The translations under genes and the position numbers were made by a program. A stretch of DNA of 64,000 nt. Source: an uncultured virus (IMG/VR IMGVR_UViG_2061766007_000665). Lineage: Duplodnaviria > Heunggongvirae > Uroviricota > Caudoviricetes. Where the stretch lies: the IMG/VR virus record IMGVR_UViG_2061766007_000665. The stretch is one strand, 5' to 3'. The notes under the pieces are model-generated. The model searched no databases and had not been told where the DNA came from. It saw only the letters and a list, made by a program, of their open reading frames with translations. Positions 45,633-56,300 of this stretch are shown in pieces. Each line of letters opens with the position of its first letter. The first letter of the stretch is position 1.

Positions 45633-46699
45633 GATTAATCCTCCTCTACATTTTCATATTTTTCAAGAATATCTTCTACGGATCCCATATAATAATCAAA
45701 TCCAATTTCCATCAGATCTTCTTCCATTTGATCATCGTCGTCAGGATCGTAGTCTTCTCCAAGAATATAATCAGCTGCGCATGAAGAGCACATCTGTTTA
45801 CCTTCAATCTCGTAGATATTTGCAGAATGAGAAAGCTCTTCTCCACATTCATCACAAATAAATACGTAATACGGTTCTTTATATTTACAATATCCAGAGC
45901 AGGTTTCACATCCTACACAGTCGCTTCTTTTTTCAACCATTTTAAACCTCCTTCGCATCATTTAATGCAGCCATAAGTCCATTGGTAATTTCGATACCTC
46001 TCAGAATAGGCTGAAACATACCATTTTCTTTACCGTTATTCATATTAGTGAATAAACGGTTCAGATCCTCAATATTTCTTTCAACCGTGTCTTTCAGGTA
46101 TCCAAGCTCATCTTCTGTAAGCGTTACTGAATATTTCATATTAGCCTCCTTACATATGATAATCCCAAATACGATTAAAATGAAGGGTAATTTCTTCTTT
46201 TGTATCCAGAATTACTTTAACGACACAGCGCATAAAATAATCCATTGTAAACAGCTCGCCGTCATAAAGAATCATAAACCCTTCATCATCTTCATATGCC
46301 TGTTTTAACGTGTACATCTGAAATGAAATCCCACCACCAGGAGTATCATATGCATAATCTTCCAATTGCATGTTTTGCGCTACCTTATAAAGCTTATCAA
46401 GCCGTTCTTTAAACACATCATATTTGGCCTTAAAATAATTCAGTGGTGAGTCGTGATTAAGCCTCCATTCTTCTTTTTCTATACTGATCTTTAGATCATT
46501 ATCAAAGCAATCATGGATCCATGTAATGTCTTCTTTTCTTCTTTTTTTATCTGTTTCTATAACGTAATCAGCTGAAGCATTTATTACTTTGAGCCCAGAC
46601 AACACCTGATCTTCAGTCCAATCATCATTATTAGCAAGTTCTTTTGCTTCTTCATAAACTTCAAAAACTCTGCTGTGCATCTTAATCCTCCTTTTTTAT

Positions 46700-46730
46700 A
46701 TTATAACATATATAAAACTAAAAGTCAAGT
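46700..46730 (-). promoter_or_regulatory. Sigma-A-type promoter, TTGACTTT class variant
   Basis: ACTTGACTTTTAG..TGT-TATAAT, 17-bp spacer. Confidence 0.8.
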
Positions 46731-46775
46731 CACAGCTTGATATTATTTTAGTTTTTAAAGAAATACTCTCCTGGA

Positions 46776-47822
46776 TCACTTAGCGATCTCCAGGAGAGTG
46801 TCGGTAAAGTACCCGAGCTGTTCGTTACCGTTCAAGGACTGTTCAACGAAGCTCTCGTCTTTAGTCTTACGCAGCGGGACGACATGCTGTGCAAAATCAG
46901 AGAAGGCGTAGTAAGCCCCAAGAGCAGTTCCTTTAAAGTTAGCCAGATCGGGCATATCATAGCAGCTCAGAAGCTGTGCTACCTGCTCAGAGAAATTATC
47001 CACAAATCTCTGGGAATCGCTATCTTCCAAGCCCTTGATCTTACCATAAGCGTCAAAGATATCCTGATCTGTAATCTTAATAGACGCAAGGTATTTAGTA
47101 TAATTTTTCATAGCAATTTCCTGAGCTTCAGATGCGCGAATAATTCTCTCAGCTTCCTGATTGATCTTATTCTGATTAGATTTAGAATGACGCAAGGTGG
47201 TCTTCTGTGTTGCATCATGAAGCATTCTATGGATCTGGTTCTGGCAGAACAGTCTGACCATAGAATAAGCTACAGTAAAACCTGCAGACTTATCATGGCT
47301 GGTAACCAGAGCAATATAGTTATCTACATCTTCTCCCATTACCTGGCCAGAGGAAATTTTGTACTGCAGGAACATGCGCGCACCGTCGTTATAGACTTTA
47401 CCATACGCAGGTTTAACGTCGTAGCCCTTCTTTTTAATCTCATCCAGAACAGAGAGATAATACAGGATCGCATTATCAAAATCAAAGATCTCATAGCGAT
47501 CCGTGATGTTACGGCCAATTACCTTATCGTTTTTAGAATTAACCAGGAACGAACAGTTTTTAACCTCCTCATAATCACCGTTCGAGTTAACTCTAAATGC
47601 AGGCTGCTTAATAGCCTTAAAGTCAGCCCCGATTTTAGTAATCAGTTCAGACGGAGTCCCAGCAAAGGACTCAAGATTAGATGTGCCACGAGCACTTACG
47701 TTTTCACGATGCCCGTTCATATATTCGGGGTAGTTAGGCACCACCATTTTCTCAAGGACCGGATAAACGATCTGCTTCTGTGTAGATTCATCGATCTGAT
47801 TCAGCGTAAGTTTAGTTGCCAT
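46776..47822 (-). CDS. DUF932/DUF945 family phage/plasmid protein
   Basis: RYE, G.RMFL, SHD.S, RLFCQNQ, RH, GTA..AY.A.SDF..H. Confidence 0.8.
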   Translation of the reverse strand: MATKLTLNQIDESTQKQIVYPVLEKMVVPNYPEYMNGHRENVSARGTSNLESFAGTPSELITKIGADFKAIKQPAFRVNSNGDYEEVKNCSFLVNSKNDKVIGRNITDRYEIFDFDNAILYYLSVLDEIKKKGYDVKPAYGKVYNDGARMFLQYKISSGQVMGEDVDNYIALVTSHDKSAGFTVAYSMVRLFCQNQIHRMLHDATQKTTLRHSKSNQNKINQEAERIIRASEAQEIAMKNYTKYLASIKITDQDIFDAYGKIKGLEDSDSQRFVDNFSEQVAQLLSCYDMPDLANFKGTALGAYYAFSDFAQHVVPLRKTKDESFVEQSLNGNEQLGYFTDTLLEIAK

Positions 47823-48077
47823 TGTTCCTTCCTCCTTTAAATTAAAGTATGATTCAAAAGATGTCTTTTTATCGCAATGTACTGATTCATTTCTTCATCA
47901 GTATACCCGCAAACTGATTGAATATGTCGTAATGCATTAATCAGATGATACTTATCAGCGCATCCAATATATACAAACGACTCTGGTTCATTCATTGGAT
48001 TCTTTGTATAAATCCAATAAATCCAATCTTTATACTCTTTTTTATCCATGGCAGTTACCTAAAAGGCAAAGAGCCCT

Positions 48078-49844
48078 CTACATGAGGGCCCTCTGCAGCA
48101 CAGTGATGACGTTTTCATGAAGAAGCTCAGCGTAGCTCTTCTTTTTACCACGACCCACAATGATGTGGCGCGCATTCGGAGCATACGTTTCCGCAGCCTT
48201 CTGATTATCACTGTCAGTAATAATAGAACACTTCGTATTGTTAAATGCACCGAAATTCTTTTCGTGGCACGACCGGTTAAATGCATAACCATCAAAGAGA
48301 ATTATGTTATAGTTGAAGGAATCTTTCCTCTGAAGTTTCGCGTAGATCCCCCAGATATCGTCATCAAGATCCGTACCTCCACCGGCCTGAACATGACGCT
48401 CCTTCTTAGTTCTGAGAGTTTCCCCGACTTCGCACGTCACCAGATCGAAGTCAAAATAGGGGTATTTCTGTTCGAGATTGATCAGAGATCTGAGCAGTTC
48501 ATTCGTCTTTGCGATATTTCCAGAGAAAGATCCAGACGTATCAATGAACAGATTCAGATGCAGCTTATCAAATCCCTTAATCGGACCATTATGAGACTTA
48601 TATTCCCAGATCCTCCAGTCATCTCTAGTGAGATTTCTCGGATTCAGAATACCGGAATATCTGCGCATCGCAGCTCCCTGATTCTTTTCCTTAGCAGTAA
48701 ACTGCTCAAAGATTTCAGCGAGCCTTTTGGTGAGTTCGGGATTCTCATGACGGTTCAGAACCGTATCCAGCATTTTCTGTGCACCCCTGACGCCGTCACC
48801 AGCACCACGACCACCTTGCTGATTAGTTCCGGTTTTACCTCCAGTCTGAATTCCCTGAACACTAGAATCACCCTGATTTTGCTTTTCGGAGGCTTTTTCA
48901 GCGATTCCAAGCATGGCTTCTTTATCTTCTTCAGATCCGCCCTGCTTTCCATTAGATCCTGCTCCCTGGCTCTGACCCTGGCCATTACCAGACTGTCCGT
49001 TACCATCAACCAAAATGATAACGTTCTGATTCAGCCCCTTATTTTCTTCTGAAAGCATTTCAGATACAATGGAATCCTGAATAGACTGGCCTGCTTTGTC
49101 AAAATCGGTTCCGCACTGCTGTTGAGCCTTTTTATCAAGATCCTGTTTTTTATTCTTCTGATACCATTTCTTAGCGATCTTAATCAGAAGTTTATAAACG
49201 TCGCCCTGATAATTCCTTACTTCATTATCCCACATAGGATATTCACATCCGCTCCACTGATCGTAGCTAAGCTCATTGTTGATCTTGAAATACCTATCAA
49301 TCAGGAATTGAACTTCTTTAACATATTCGTCTTCACCCGTGCGGAAGCGAACTGTGTTATAAAATTCTTCCATTGCAGATTTAGCAGGATCACCATGATA
49401 ATCATTCAGAAGTACGACGTTTTTCTTGAAATTAACCCCAAGATAATAATCTCTGAGAATAGTTTCAATTCTTTCGTCTTCAAAGATATTCATGACATGC
49501 TGCTTCAGCTGATTGCATCCATCAAAGAGGCTCTGAGGGCTAAGCAGAGCATGAGATACTTCATGATAAAGCATTCCACGCGTGAGCTCTTCTACTTCTT
49601 CAGGATATTGCAGCTTCTGGAAAGCATCTTTCATTACATCATAACTGATCGTAATTTCGTCAGCAATCGGATCATAATACGATGTAGGGGCGTGCTCTTC
49701 AAGAGTTGCAGAAAGCGGACGACCTGCATAATAAGAAAGCGGGAGAGTCTTTAAAACATTTTCATATTCCAGAAGACTTACCTTGCATTCCTCGTGTTCT
49801 TCTTCAGTTGCGATAACTTTTTCAAGTTCTTCCAGCATGTTCAT
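48078..49844 (-). CDS. VWA-domain protein with N-terminal HExxH metallopeptidase-like region
   Basis: HEVSH, N.FED.RIE, G/Q-rich linker, MIDAS IDTSGS, GGGT, LFDG. Confidence 0.85.
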   Translation of the reverse strand: MNMLEELEKVIATEEEHEECKVSLLEYENVLKTLPLSYYAGRPLSATLEEHAPTSYYDPIADEITISYDVMKDAFQKLQYPEEVEELTRGMLYHEVSHALLSPQSLFDGCNQLKQHVMNIFEDERIETILRDYYLGVNFKKNVVLLNDYHGDPAKSAMEEFYNTVRFRTGEDEYVKEVQFLIDRYFKINNELSYDQWSGCEYPMWDNEVRNYQGDVYKLLIKIAKKWYQKNKKQDLDKKAQQQCGTDFDKAGQSIQDSIVSEMLSEENKGLNQNVIILVDGNGQSGNGQGQSQGAGSNGKQGGSEEDKEAMLGIAEKASEKQNQGDSSVQGIQTGGKTGTNQQGGRGAGDGVRGAQKMLDTVLNRHENPELTKRLAEIFEQFTAKEKNQGAAMRRYSGILNPRNLTRDDWRIWEYKSHNGPIKGFDKLHLNLFIDTSGSFSGNIAKTNELLRSLINLEQKYPYFDFDLVTCEVGETLRTKKERHVQAGGGTDLDDDIWGIYAKLQRKDSFNYNIILFDGYAFNRSCHEKNFGAFNNTKCSIITDSDNQKAAETYAPNARHIIVGRGKKKSYAELLHENVITVLQRALM

Positions 49845-50119
49845 TTTGTACCCCCTATTGTTCCATCATCCACTCTACAAATTCATTCTTCAGATTATAC
49901 ACATTTGTAAGATCTGCAGAATTACATACATAATCCCAATACGCTTTCGTTTTAGGATCACTTTCAATAAGTTTTTTAAGTTTTGGGATCTCAATCTTTA
50001 AGCAAGATTTTCTTTCTTCCTCTTCACGATTAAGATCCGCCTCGATCATTTCAGAGATCTGATCAAGGTATTCATTCAGTCTTTGCGCCATGGCTCACCT
50101 CCTGAGGCCCTGGCCGCCC

Positions 50120-51283
50120 TTAAAGGGCAGCCATCAGGTCTTCAGCTTTAAGCACGAACTTCTGAATATCAGAGCATCTGTCAACCAGAGGCTCAGGCAG
50201 GCCAAACGCCATACCATTGACAATCAGGTTCATCGTACCGATGATGGTGAATCCATCTTTAATCTGGATCTTTTGACCCTTAAAGATGAATTCTTTCTTA
50301 CCATCCAGGATACCCTGAAGGAATCTTACCGTTTCAAACGGCAGCAGATTCATTTCATCGAGAGTCAGCGGGAGACCCTTTTCCATACATTCGCGCATGG
50401 TCGACTTATTAAAACCAGGCTTACCATCAGTAAAGACGAAGTCCTGCATCAGATCATCCGGCAGCATCGAATTGTTGCATACGATACAACGGCCATCAGA
50501 TTCTTCACAAGCCCGATATGTCTTACCTGCGCCCTGAGAGCCATAATAGACCTTCAGACGGGTATTGATCCTCTTGGAAGGAGCAACAATACCAAGGATC
50601 GTCATGATGCCCTTAAACTCTTCAGACTTCATCTTATCAACGATGGCATCCTTGTACGGGCTATCTGTCAGGTTGAAGTAATTGCGAATATACTCGGTGC
50701 CTTTATCAGTCCCATCAGAGAGCTTGAAGCACAGAGTATTCACAAAACGGAAGTTGGGCTCGAACTGAAACTCCTTAAAGAAGTCAATCAGACCTTCGAG
50801 AGCCTTTTTGCGAGCTTTCTGGCCGATCAGTTCTTCGAAGCACGAAAGATCAACAGAATCCTGGAAATCCATGATGCTCTTCTGATCTTTATACTGCTTA
50901 CGGATCTCAGAAAAAGCCGTGAGCTGCGCATTATCCACAACCTGCTGAAGCTTCTTAAGCTTATTCAGGTTGCTTTCGATCATGCCGGTATGATACTCGA
51001 TCACAATGTTACCGAGCTTGATCGTAAGTTCGGGCTTTTCTTTCTTAGGTTTAATGCCCTTAACAGCATTGATAGCCTCAAGAGTTGCGAGCTCAAAAGC
51101 CTTCGCTCTGAGATCATCAAAAGTTTTACCCGCTACACCTTTCAGGGTTTTATGCGCAATGCACTTACCACTGAACGTGTCGTTCGCCGCGTCAATAAAG
51201 GTTACTTCCAAGATGCATTTATCATCCGTCGCATTGTAACCATTAAACGGCTTGCCAATAACTACATCACCAATGTTGAACAT
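50120..51283 (-). CDS. MoxR/AAA_5-family ATPase
   Basis: GSQGAGKT, LDEMNL, GTMN, LPEPLVDR. Confidence 0.88.
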   Translation of the reverse strand: MFNIGDVVIGKPFNGYNATDDKCILEVTFIDAANDTFSGKCIAHKTLKGVAGKTFDDLRAKAFELATLEAINAVKGIKPKKEKPELTIKLGNIVIEYHTGMIESNLNKLKKLQQVVDNAQLTAFSEIRKQYKDQKSIMDFQDSVDLSCFEELIGQKARKKALEGLIDFFKEFQFEPNFRFVNTLCFKLSDGTDKGTEYIRNYFNLTDSPYKDAIVDKMKSEEFKGIMTILGIVAPSKRINTRLKVYYGSQGAGKTYRACEESDGRCIVCNNSMLPDDLMQDFVFTDGKPGFNKSTMRECMEKGLPLTLDEMNLLPFETVRFLQGILDGKKEFIFKGQKIQIKDGFTIIGTMNLIVNGMAFGLPEPLVDRCSDIQKFVLKAEDLMAAL

Positions 51284-51321
51284 AATCTTTTACCTCCCTT
51301 AGGTTTCTATGTTCTTAAAAT

Positions 51322-52857
51322 TTACCAATTGCAAACAAGACTGAGCTTGTCGGCCAACTTGTGGAGTGCGGCAGATTCTTCATCATTCGGCTGACGGTTA
51401 TGTTCACCGCGAGCCTGAACGATTTCATTGCCTTCAATTTCGAGCGTAATCAGGCTTTCATCATCTTTCTTTCTAAAGAAATAGATGAGGCATTCGCCAT
51501 CACACACTCTCTTAATGTAACTTGCTACGCAATGATTTAATGCATTGCCTTCGTTGATTACATCCTTAGCGGTTTTGGGCTTGATGATCTTATATCCTTC
51601 ACCAGTGAGATCTTTATTCCAGGTACCATAAGCATTCTGGAATTTATTTTCAACATCAGGAGTAATGGCTACTCTCTGGTTTCTCATCATGATGTCGTGG
51701 GTGAGAGTCAGATACGAAGTATAAAGCGAAGGATTTGTGTGATAATTTTCACACATTCTAATGTAATCTTCGAGATCCTTCATATACTTCTTCACATCGG
51801 TATATCCTTGGTTAATTACCTCATTGCAAACGTAATGTGCAAATTTACCAAAGGAATAATATTTATGAAGATATATAGATCCCGCATAATATGTCATAAG
51901 CGTATGAATCAGCGTAGTTTCTCTTGGTACGTATTCCCCTCTTCCCCATGTTTCATAGCTAACGCCATAGAAGCCAAGATCATCCTGAGTCTTGTGGAGT
52001 TCTTTGATGAATTTAACCCACTGTTCTTCAGTGTAGTTAAATTTGCTGTCATCTTTGAATTTGGTAACTACCAGCATGTCATTGATAACACCTTCTTTAA
52101 CTGCCAAAGCATATCCTTCTTTAGACATGTTCATAAGCTGATATACTGGCAAGCTTTCTGTGAAGTTTTTACCAATCAACGCATCTCTTACTGTATTAGT
52201 AGGAGACGTCCGCAGAATGATTTCAAGCGATTTATTGCCTTTGTATCTCTGAGGCAAATTTGAATATTTCAGATCGGTCTTAATATTAATATCGTAAAAC
52301 GTATTAATAAATTCATCAGCCGATACTTTATCAAGGCCGCTAGTCCAATCATTAAGGTATGATTTCCCAAAATGCGGATTATATTCACGATTGCCAGTTA
52401 TAACATTTTCAATATATTCACTGGTAACAGTAAACTTACACATCGTATTCTGAGCATTAATTTTATACTCATAATTACGAATAATTGCTGCAGCTTTTTC
52501 AAAGCAATAGCCAACAATTACAGAAAACTGACCGCTCTTATAATCTACATCTCTGGTTTCATACTCTTCTCCAAACTGATCAGGATTTACACTCTGACCA
52601 TCAGGAATCGAGAAAAAGAAAGTATTGTTTCTGCCATTGAAGCACAGATAGGTTTTCTTTTTCGGAGCGATGTATTTGCCTTTGTACATTTTAGTATACA
52701 AATTATTTCGCTCATTGATGGTGTCTTCTAGACTTGCTTTGGTTTTTGCGATCTTTTTATTCAGATCGGCAATTTCAGTATCGAAATTAGTTGCTCCATC
52801 ACAGAAGAAATCATCAACCTTCTGATCACCGGAATAGTAGTCTTTTACGTAGCTCAT
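51322..52857 (-). CDS. PcfJ-domain protein
   Basis: DY..M, L...HD, P....V..EG..LNHCVASY, IYFFRK, TLEI, VQARG..N. Confidence 0.85.
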   Translation of the reverse strand: MSYVKDYYSGDQKVDDFFCDGATNFDTEIADLNKKIAKTKASLEDTINERNNLYTKMYKGKYIAPKKKTYLCFNGRNNTFFFSIPDGQSVNPDQFGEEYETRDVDYKSGQFSVIVGYCFEKAAAIIRNYEYKINAQNTMCKFTVTSEYIENVITGNREYNPHFGKSYLNDWTSGLDKVSADEFINTFYDINIKTDLKYSNLPQRYKGNKSLEIILRTSPTNTVRDALIGKNFTESLPVYQLMNMSKEGYALAVKEGVINDMLVVTKFKDDSKFNYTEEQWVKFIKELHKTQDDLGFYGVSYETWGRGEYVPRETTLIHTLMTYYAGSIYLHKYYSFGKFAHYVCNEVINQGYTDVKKYMKDLEDYIRMCENYHTNPSLYTSYLTLTHDIMMRNQRVAITPDVENKFQNAYGTWNKDLTGEGYKIIKPKTAKDVINEGNALNHCVASYIKRVCDGECLIYFFRKKDDESLITLEIEGNEIVQARGEHNRQPNDEESAALHKLADKLSLVCNW

Positions 52858-52885
52858 ATTATCCTTCCTTTCTGTAAAAAGCTGT

Positions 52886-52921
52886 GGGGTGAGCTGGCAT
52901 TTATGTTAACCAGCCCACCCC
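52886..52921 (-). terminator. GC-rich hairpin, probable terminator/attenuator
   Basis: ggggtgagctgg...ccagcccacccc followed on minus strand by a T run. Confidence 0.55.
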
Positions 52922-53419
52922 TTCCTAAGAGAGGACCGGTTATTTAATCGAGATGATCTTCTCAATCCCGATGTTAAAGATCGCGGGCTTAGGGGCTTCC
53001 GGGTTGTACTTCGGGAATTCCGAAGCTAAACACGCAGCTTCAGCAGTCGCCTTATCGATCTTCTGACCATTTTTGAAATACGTCGTCTTACCATAGCCAG
53101 AATTTGCTCTTGCAACTCTGAGCTGAATACCATTCTTACCATTGATATAGAACGGATACTCAGCCCACGTTGTACCTTTCGGAAGAGCACAAGGTTCAAC
53201 CGGCAGGTTACCAACATTGCGTCCATTAACAACGGCTTTGAGATTGTTATATTCAACCCCAAATCTGCCCTGAGTTACTGTGACCTTTTCATAAACGTCA
53301 CCGCATCCAGCACGAGTCTTGAGCTTTTTGCCATACACGATCGTATGGATCGAACCCTTCTGAGTGTTTTTGATGATTTTGTCGATGTCGCTTTTAGTCA
53401 TTTCTTTACTCCTTTTTGA

Positions 53420-55156
53420 CTAAAGATTATATTGTTTGCAAACCTGGCTCCAAGCATAAGACGGCATTTTCCCGCTTGAAACTAACTTATAGAAATCCCT
53501 ATATACCCTGTTTTCATAACACATCAGGCCGTCTGTATTTCTATGTCCCCATCCGGCATGTATAACATTTGTCTCAATTGCGTCTGCGAACACATTAAAA
53601 TGTTCTTCAAACTCTTTATAGTCAACACTTGCTATTTTATCTGCTCCATAAAGCTGAAACATGATTTTTATGGTATTATCGAGGGCTTGGTAACGATTCC
53701 AGCTCTTTTTATGATTCATCATCCAGAGATTCATATAATTTATCTGAGAATGAGAAAATCTAAGCTGCTTCGCATAATCAGTAGACTTCCAGTCTACCTT
53801 GCCAAAGAGCCTTTCGATAAAGGCGTTGGTACAGCATGCAAGCCATTCTTTGAGATCGGGAAATTTTTCTGCAATTGCCGCTCTGAGTGGAAAGTTGATA
53901 TTTGCTATCAAAGTCTGAATCTGACTATTCCTAGAAACTTCTTCACAATTGCCGTTTAATGCAGTGCCGATGATCGGGTCTTTGTTCCATTTGTCGACAT
54001 CAAAGAAAATGGAACTTCCATAACCCCAATATCTAGAAGTGCTGACTCTTCTAGATTCATATTGATTGGCCGCCTGGTTCCATCCAATAATGGCAATTTC
54101 TCCTTTCGGACTAATATGAATATAGTCAGGATTGTCTTCTACTTTGAAGATCTTAGGATCAGCCTTAATCTGAGAGATATCGATCTTACAAATCTTTTTA
54201 GGACTATCATACATCGGAGCGTGATCATCAACGAATTGTTCTACGGCCGTTCTATATTCATATTTACGAGTATAATGAATAAGATATTTACCTCCGTCGG
54301 TTGCATCCTCTAAGAACCAATAGCTAGTAGGAACCTCATGGCCACCTCGTTCAGTGGGGCAGATGTAAAACTTATCAAATTCAGGTCGTTTATTGCTAAA
54401 TGTAACAATAAGGCCTTTCTTTTCCAGCTTTGTAAGTTTACTGGTGACTTTGGGCCTCATGTTTTTGTACATGTTGGCAATTGCCCAATAACCGGTCGGC
54501 TCCGTAAGACCAAAGAACTTGCTTAATTCTTCATCCGCATGCTTGTTTGCCACGTTATATTTAAACGTGTTACAGAGATATTCGAGGAAGCCCTCATTAT
54601 ATTTTGTGTTGTTAGAAGTTTTCCATGCTTTGTTTCCATTTTCGCCATAAGGCATTGGATCATTATCGAACAGGAATACTCTTGAAGTGCTACAAAACGT
54701 GTATTTTCTCTTATCCACGTTTACTTTTTTATCCAAATTACCAATGGGGATACGAATGACTCCAATTTCTACAAATCCTTCGGTTGTATCCGTAGCAGGA
54801 ACGCGCTTTGCATAGCATACTTTTTCAACACAATCAGGACAAGGCCTGGTGTATTTTTCATAGTTGTTATAAGAGCCATAACCATGAATTCTTTGACTAA
54901 CCGGTTTATAGGTTTCTTCATTCCAGTCTCTGCTTTTATACCGGAGATATTCTACATAACCAGTAAGCAGATCATGAACTCTGGTGTAATAACCAAGAGT
55001 TTTGTTATTGCCTTCGGTATAGATAAACATCTTCGGAACCAGTGCAGGATCCGGTTCAGTATTCTTGAGAACATAGTCAAGAATGATAGCCTTTCTACTC
55101 GCGTCCTGTTCAGGAGTCGTAGAAATCACCGGTCTCTTTTTCTTTTCTTCAGCCAT
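53420..55156 (-). CDS. Large hypothetical protein
   Basis: 578-aa ORF with GAAAGGAG RBS. Confidence 0.75.
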   Translation of the reverse strand: MAEEKKKRPVISTTPEQDASRKAIILDYVLKNTEPDPALVPKMFIYTEGNNKTLGYYTRVHDLLTGYVEYLRYKSRDWNEETYKPVSQRIHGYGSYNNYEKYTRPCPDCVEKVCYAKRVPATDTTEGFVEIGVIRIPIGNLDKKVNVDKRKYTFCSTSRVFLFDNDPMPYGENGNKAWKTSNNTKYNEGFLEYLCNTFKYNVANKHADEELSKFFGLTEPTGYWAIANMYKNMRPKVTSKLTKLEKKGLIVTFSNKRPEFDKFYICPTERGGHEVPTSYWFLEDATDGGKYLIHYTRKYEYRTAVEQFVDDHAPMYDSPKKICKIDISQIKADPKIFKVEDNPDYIHISPKGEIAIIGWNQAANQYESRRVSTSRYWGYGSSIFFDVDKWNKDPIIGTALNGNCEEVSRNSQIQTLIANINFPLRAAIAEKFPDLKEWLACCTNAFIERLFGKVDWKSTDYAKQLRFSHSQINYMNLWMMNHKKSWNRYQALDNTIKIMFQLYGADKIASVDYKEFEEHFNVFADAIETNVIHAGWGHRNTDGLMCYENRVYRDFYKLVSSGKMPSYAWSQVCKQYNL

Positions 55157-55815
55157 TTTGTTTCTCCTTTCCTTTAGAAACTATTTGTTGAGCAAAGAAT
55201 GATAAAATAGGACCATGTTGTTAATTATGAATATTAAATTAATACATGTGATAATACAGGTAAAACGTAAATCGCGCAGCTTTTCTTTTTTATCTTCTTC
55301 TTTTGCCTGAGCATATGTTACAGCATCTTTAATGATTCCTGTAATCATGTAGCCCAAGAACCCAAGAGTAAGAATAATTGCTATTGTACATACAATTGCT
55401 TCAAATGTTGTCATTGAGCATCGCCTCCAATTTGGATACGCATTCTTTTGCGTTTTTCAGATTGATCTGGATCACCTGGTTAATACCATATTGACGATCC
55501 GGCTCGGCATTTTCCTTGAGCTGTGCAAGCTCTTCAATCAGCTCACTATGATGTTTGAGCTGTTCAGTAATTTCAGAAATAGTCATGATATCCTCCTTAC
55601 CATCCAAAAATTTCTTTCTGGCAATCAGGGCAGATATGAGAGATAATCTGCTCTCTTTCAGTCGGGGTTAACGACACGAAGGCATCCTGAGCGAGGGCTC
55701 CATTGTTGTAAGCCTCGATCTCCTGAATCAGCGGGCTTACAGTGTGGGTTTTGCCGCAAAAGGGACAGACAAGTTCGGTTTTGATACGCATAGTTTGTTT
55801 CTCCTTTCATAAACT

Positions 55816-55848
55816 ACTATACCACAATAAAAAGCTAAAGTCAAGTGA
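55816..55848 (-). promoter_or_regulatory. Sigma-A-type promoter, TTGACTTTAGC class
   Basis: CACTTGACTTTAGCTTT..TGG-TATAGT on minus strand. Confidence 0.85.
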
Positions 55849-55885
55849 TATCATACGATATACTTGTATACAATTCTCCTTAAAT

Positions 55886-55921
55886 AAACAAAACCCCTGA
55901 GGGGCTGTTATGCCCCTCAGA
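55886..55921 (-). terminator. Intrinsic terminator
   Basis: ctgaggggc-N6-gcccctcag then T-rich tail on minus strand. Confidence 0.7.
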
Positions 55922-55943
55922 GACTTTGGAAAGGAGAACAATA

Positions 55944-56140
55944 TATAAGAGTCTGGATTGGCTCACCAGAGAGGGCAATAGTAGTTAACTCTGAAATACT
56001 CCATTATATTACAGGTACTTTGTCCTTTGCCCTTCTGGCTTTTGAGTCATTAAAAGCATTACCGACATAATGCTATACCAGATCCTCAGACGAGCTCACT
56101 GACGTCAGATTCCCCTGGTGAGTCAATCCAGACTCCTATA
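55944..56140 (-). ncRNA. Candidate ~200-nt structured RNA closed by 26-bp stem
   Basis: Inverted repeat 55944-55969 / 56115-56140 (24/26 Watson-Crick), between tRNA and terminator. Confidence 0.55.
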
Positions 56141-56224
56141 TTTAATTATGTAGGCTTCTCGGTTTTACCCATACGGGAGGTTTGCCCGTTACCGGTTTAT
56201 TGTGCGTTCAGCCATTCGCACTTA

Positions 56225-56300
56225 TGGTCCTCCACCGAGGGGTTGAACCTCGCACACATGGCTTATAAGGCCACTGCTCTCACCACTGAGCTAGTAGAGG
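56225..56300 (-). tRNA. tRNA-Ile(UAU), second copy
   Basis: cctctac/gtggagg acceptor, gtggc-ctTATaa-gccat, cgagg-ttcaacc-cctcg, ACCA. Confidence 0.93.

Noticed and set aside
46884..51394. Long + strand ORFs (46884-47840, 48117-49052, 50090-51394)
   Set aside because: Antisense shadows of codon-biased minus-strand genes that carry clear motifs and RBSs
55944..56140. Retron msr-msd or DGR template
   Set aside because: No reverse transcriptase and no adenine-variable repeat pair seen in the window
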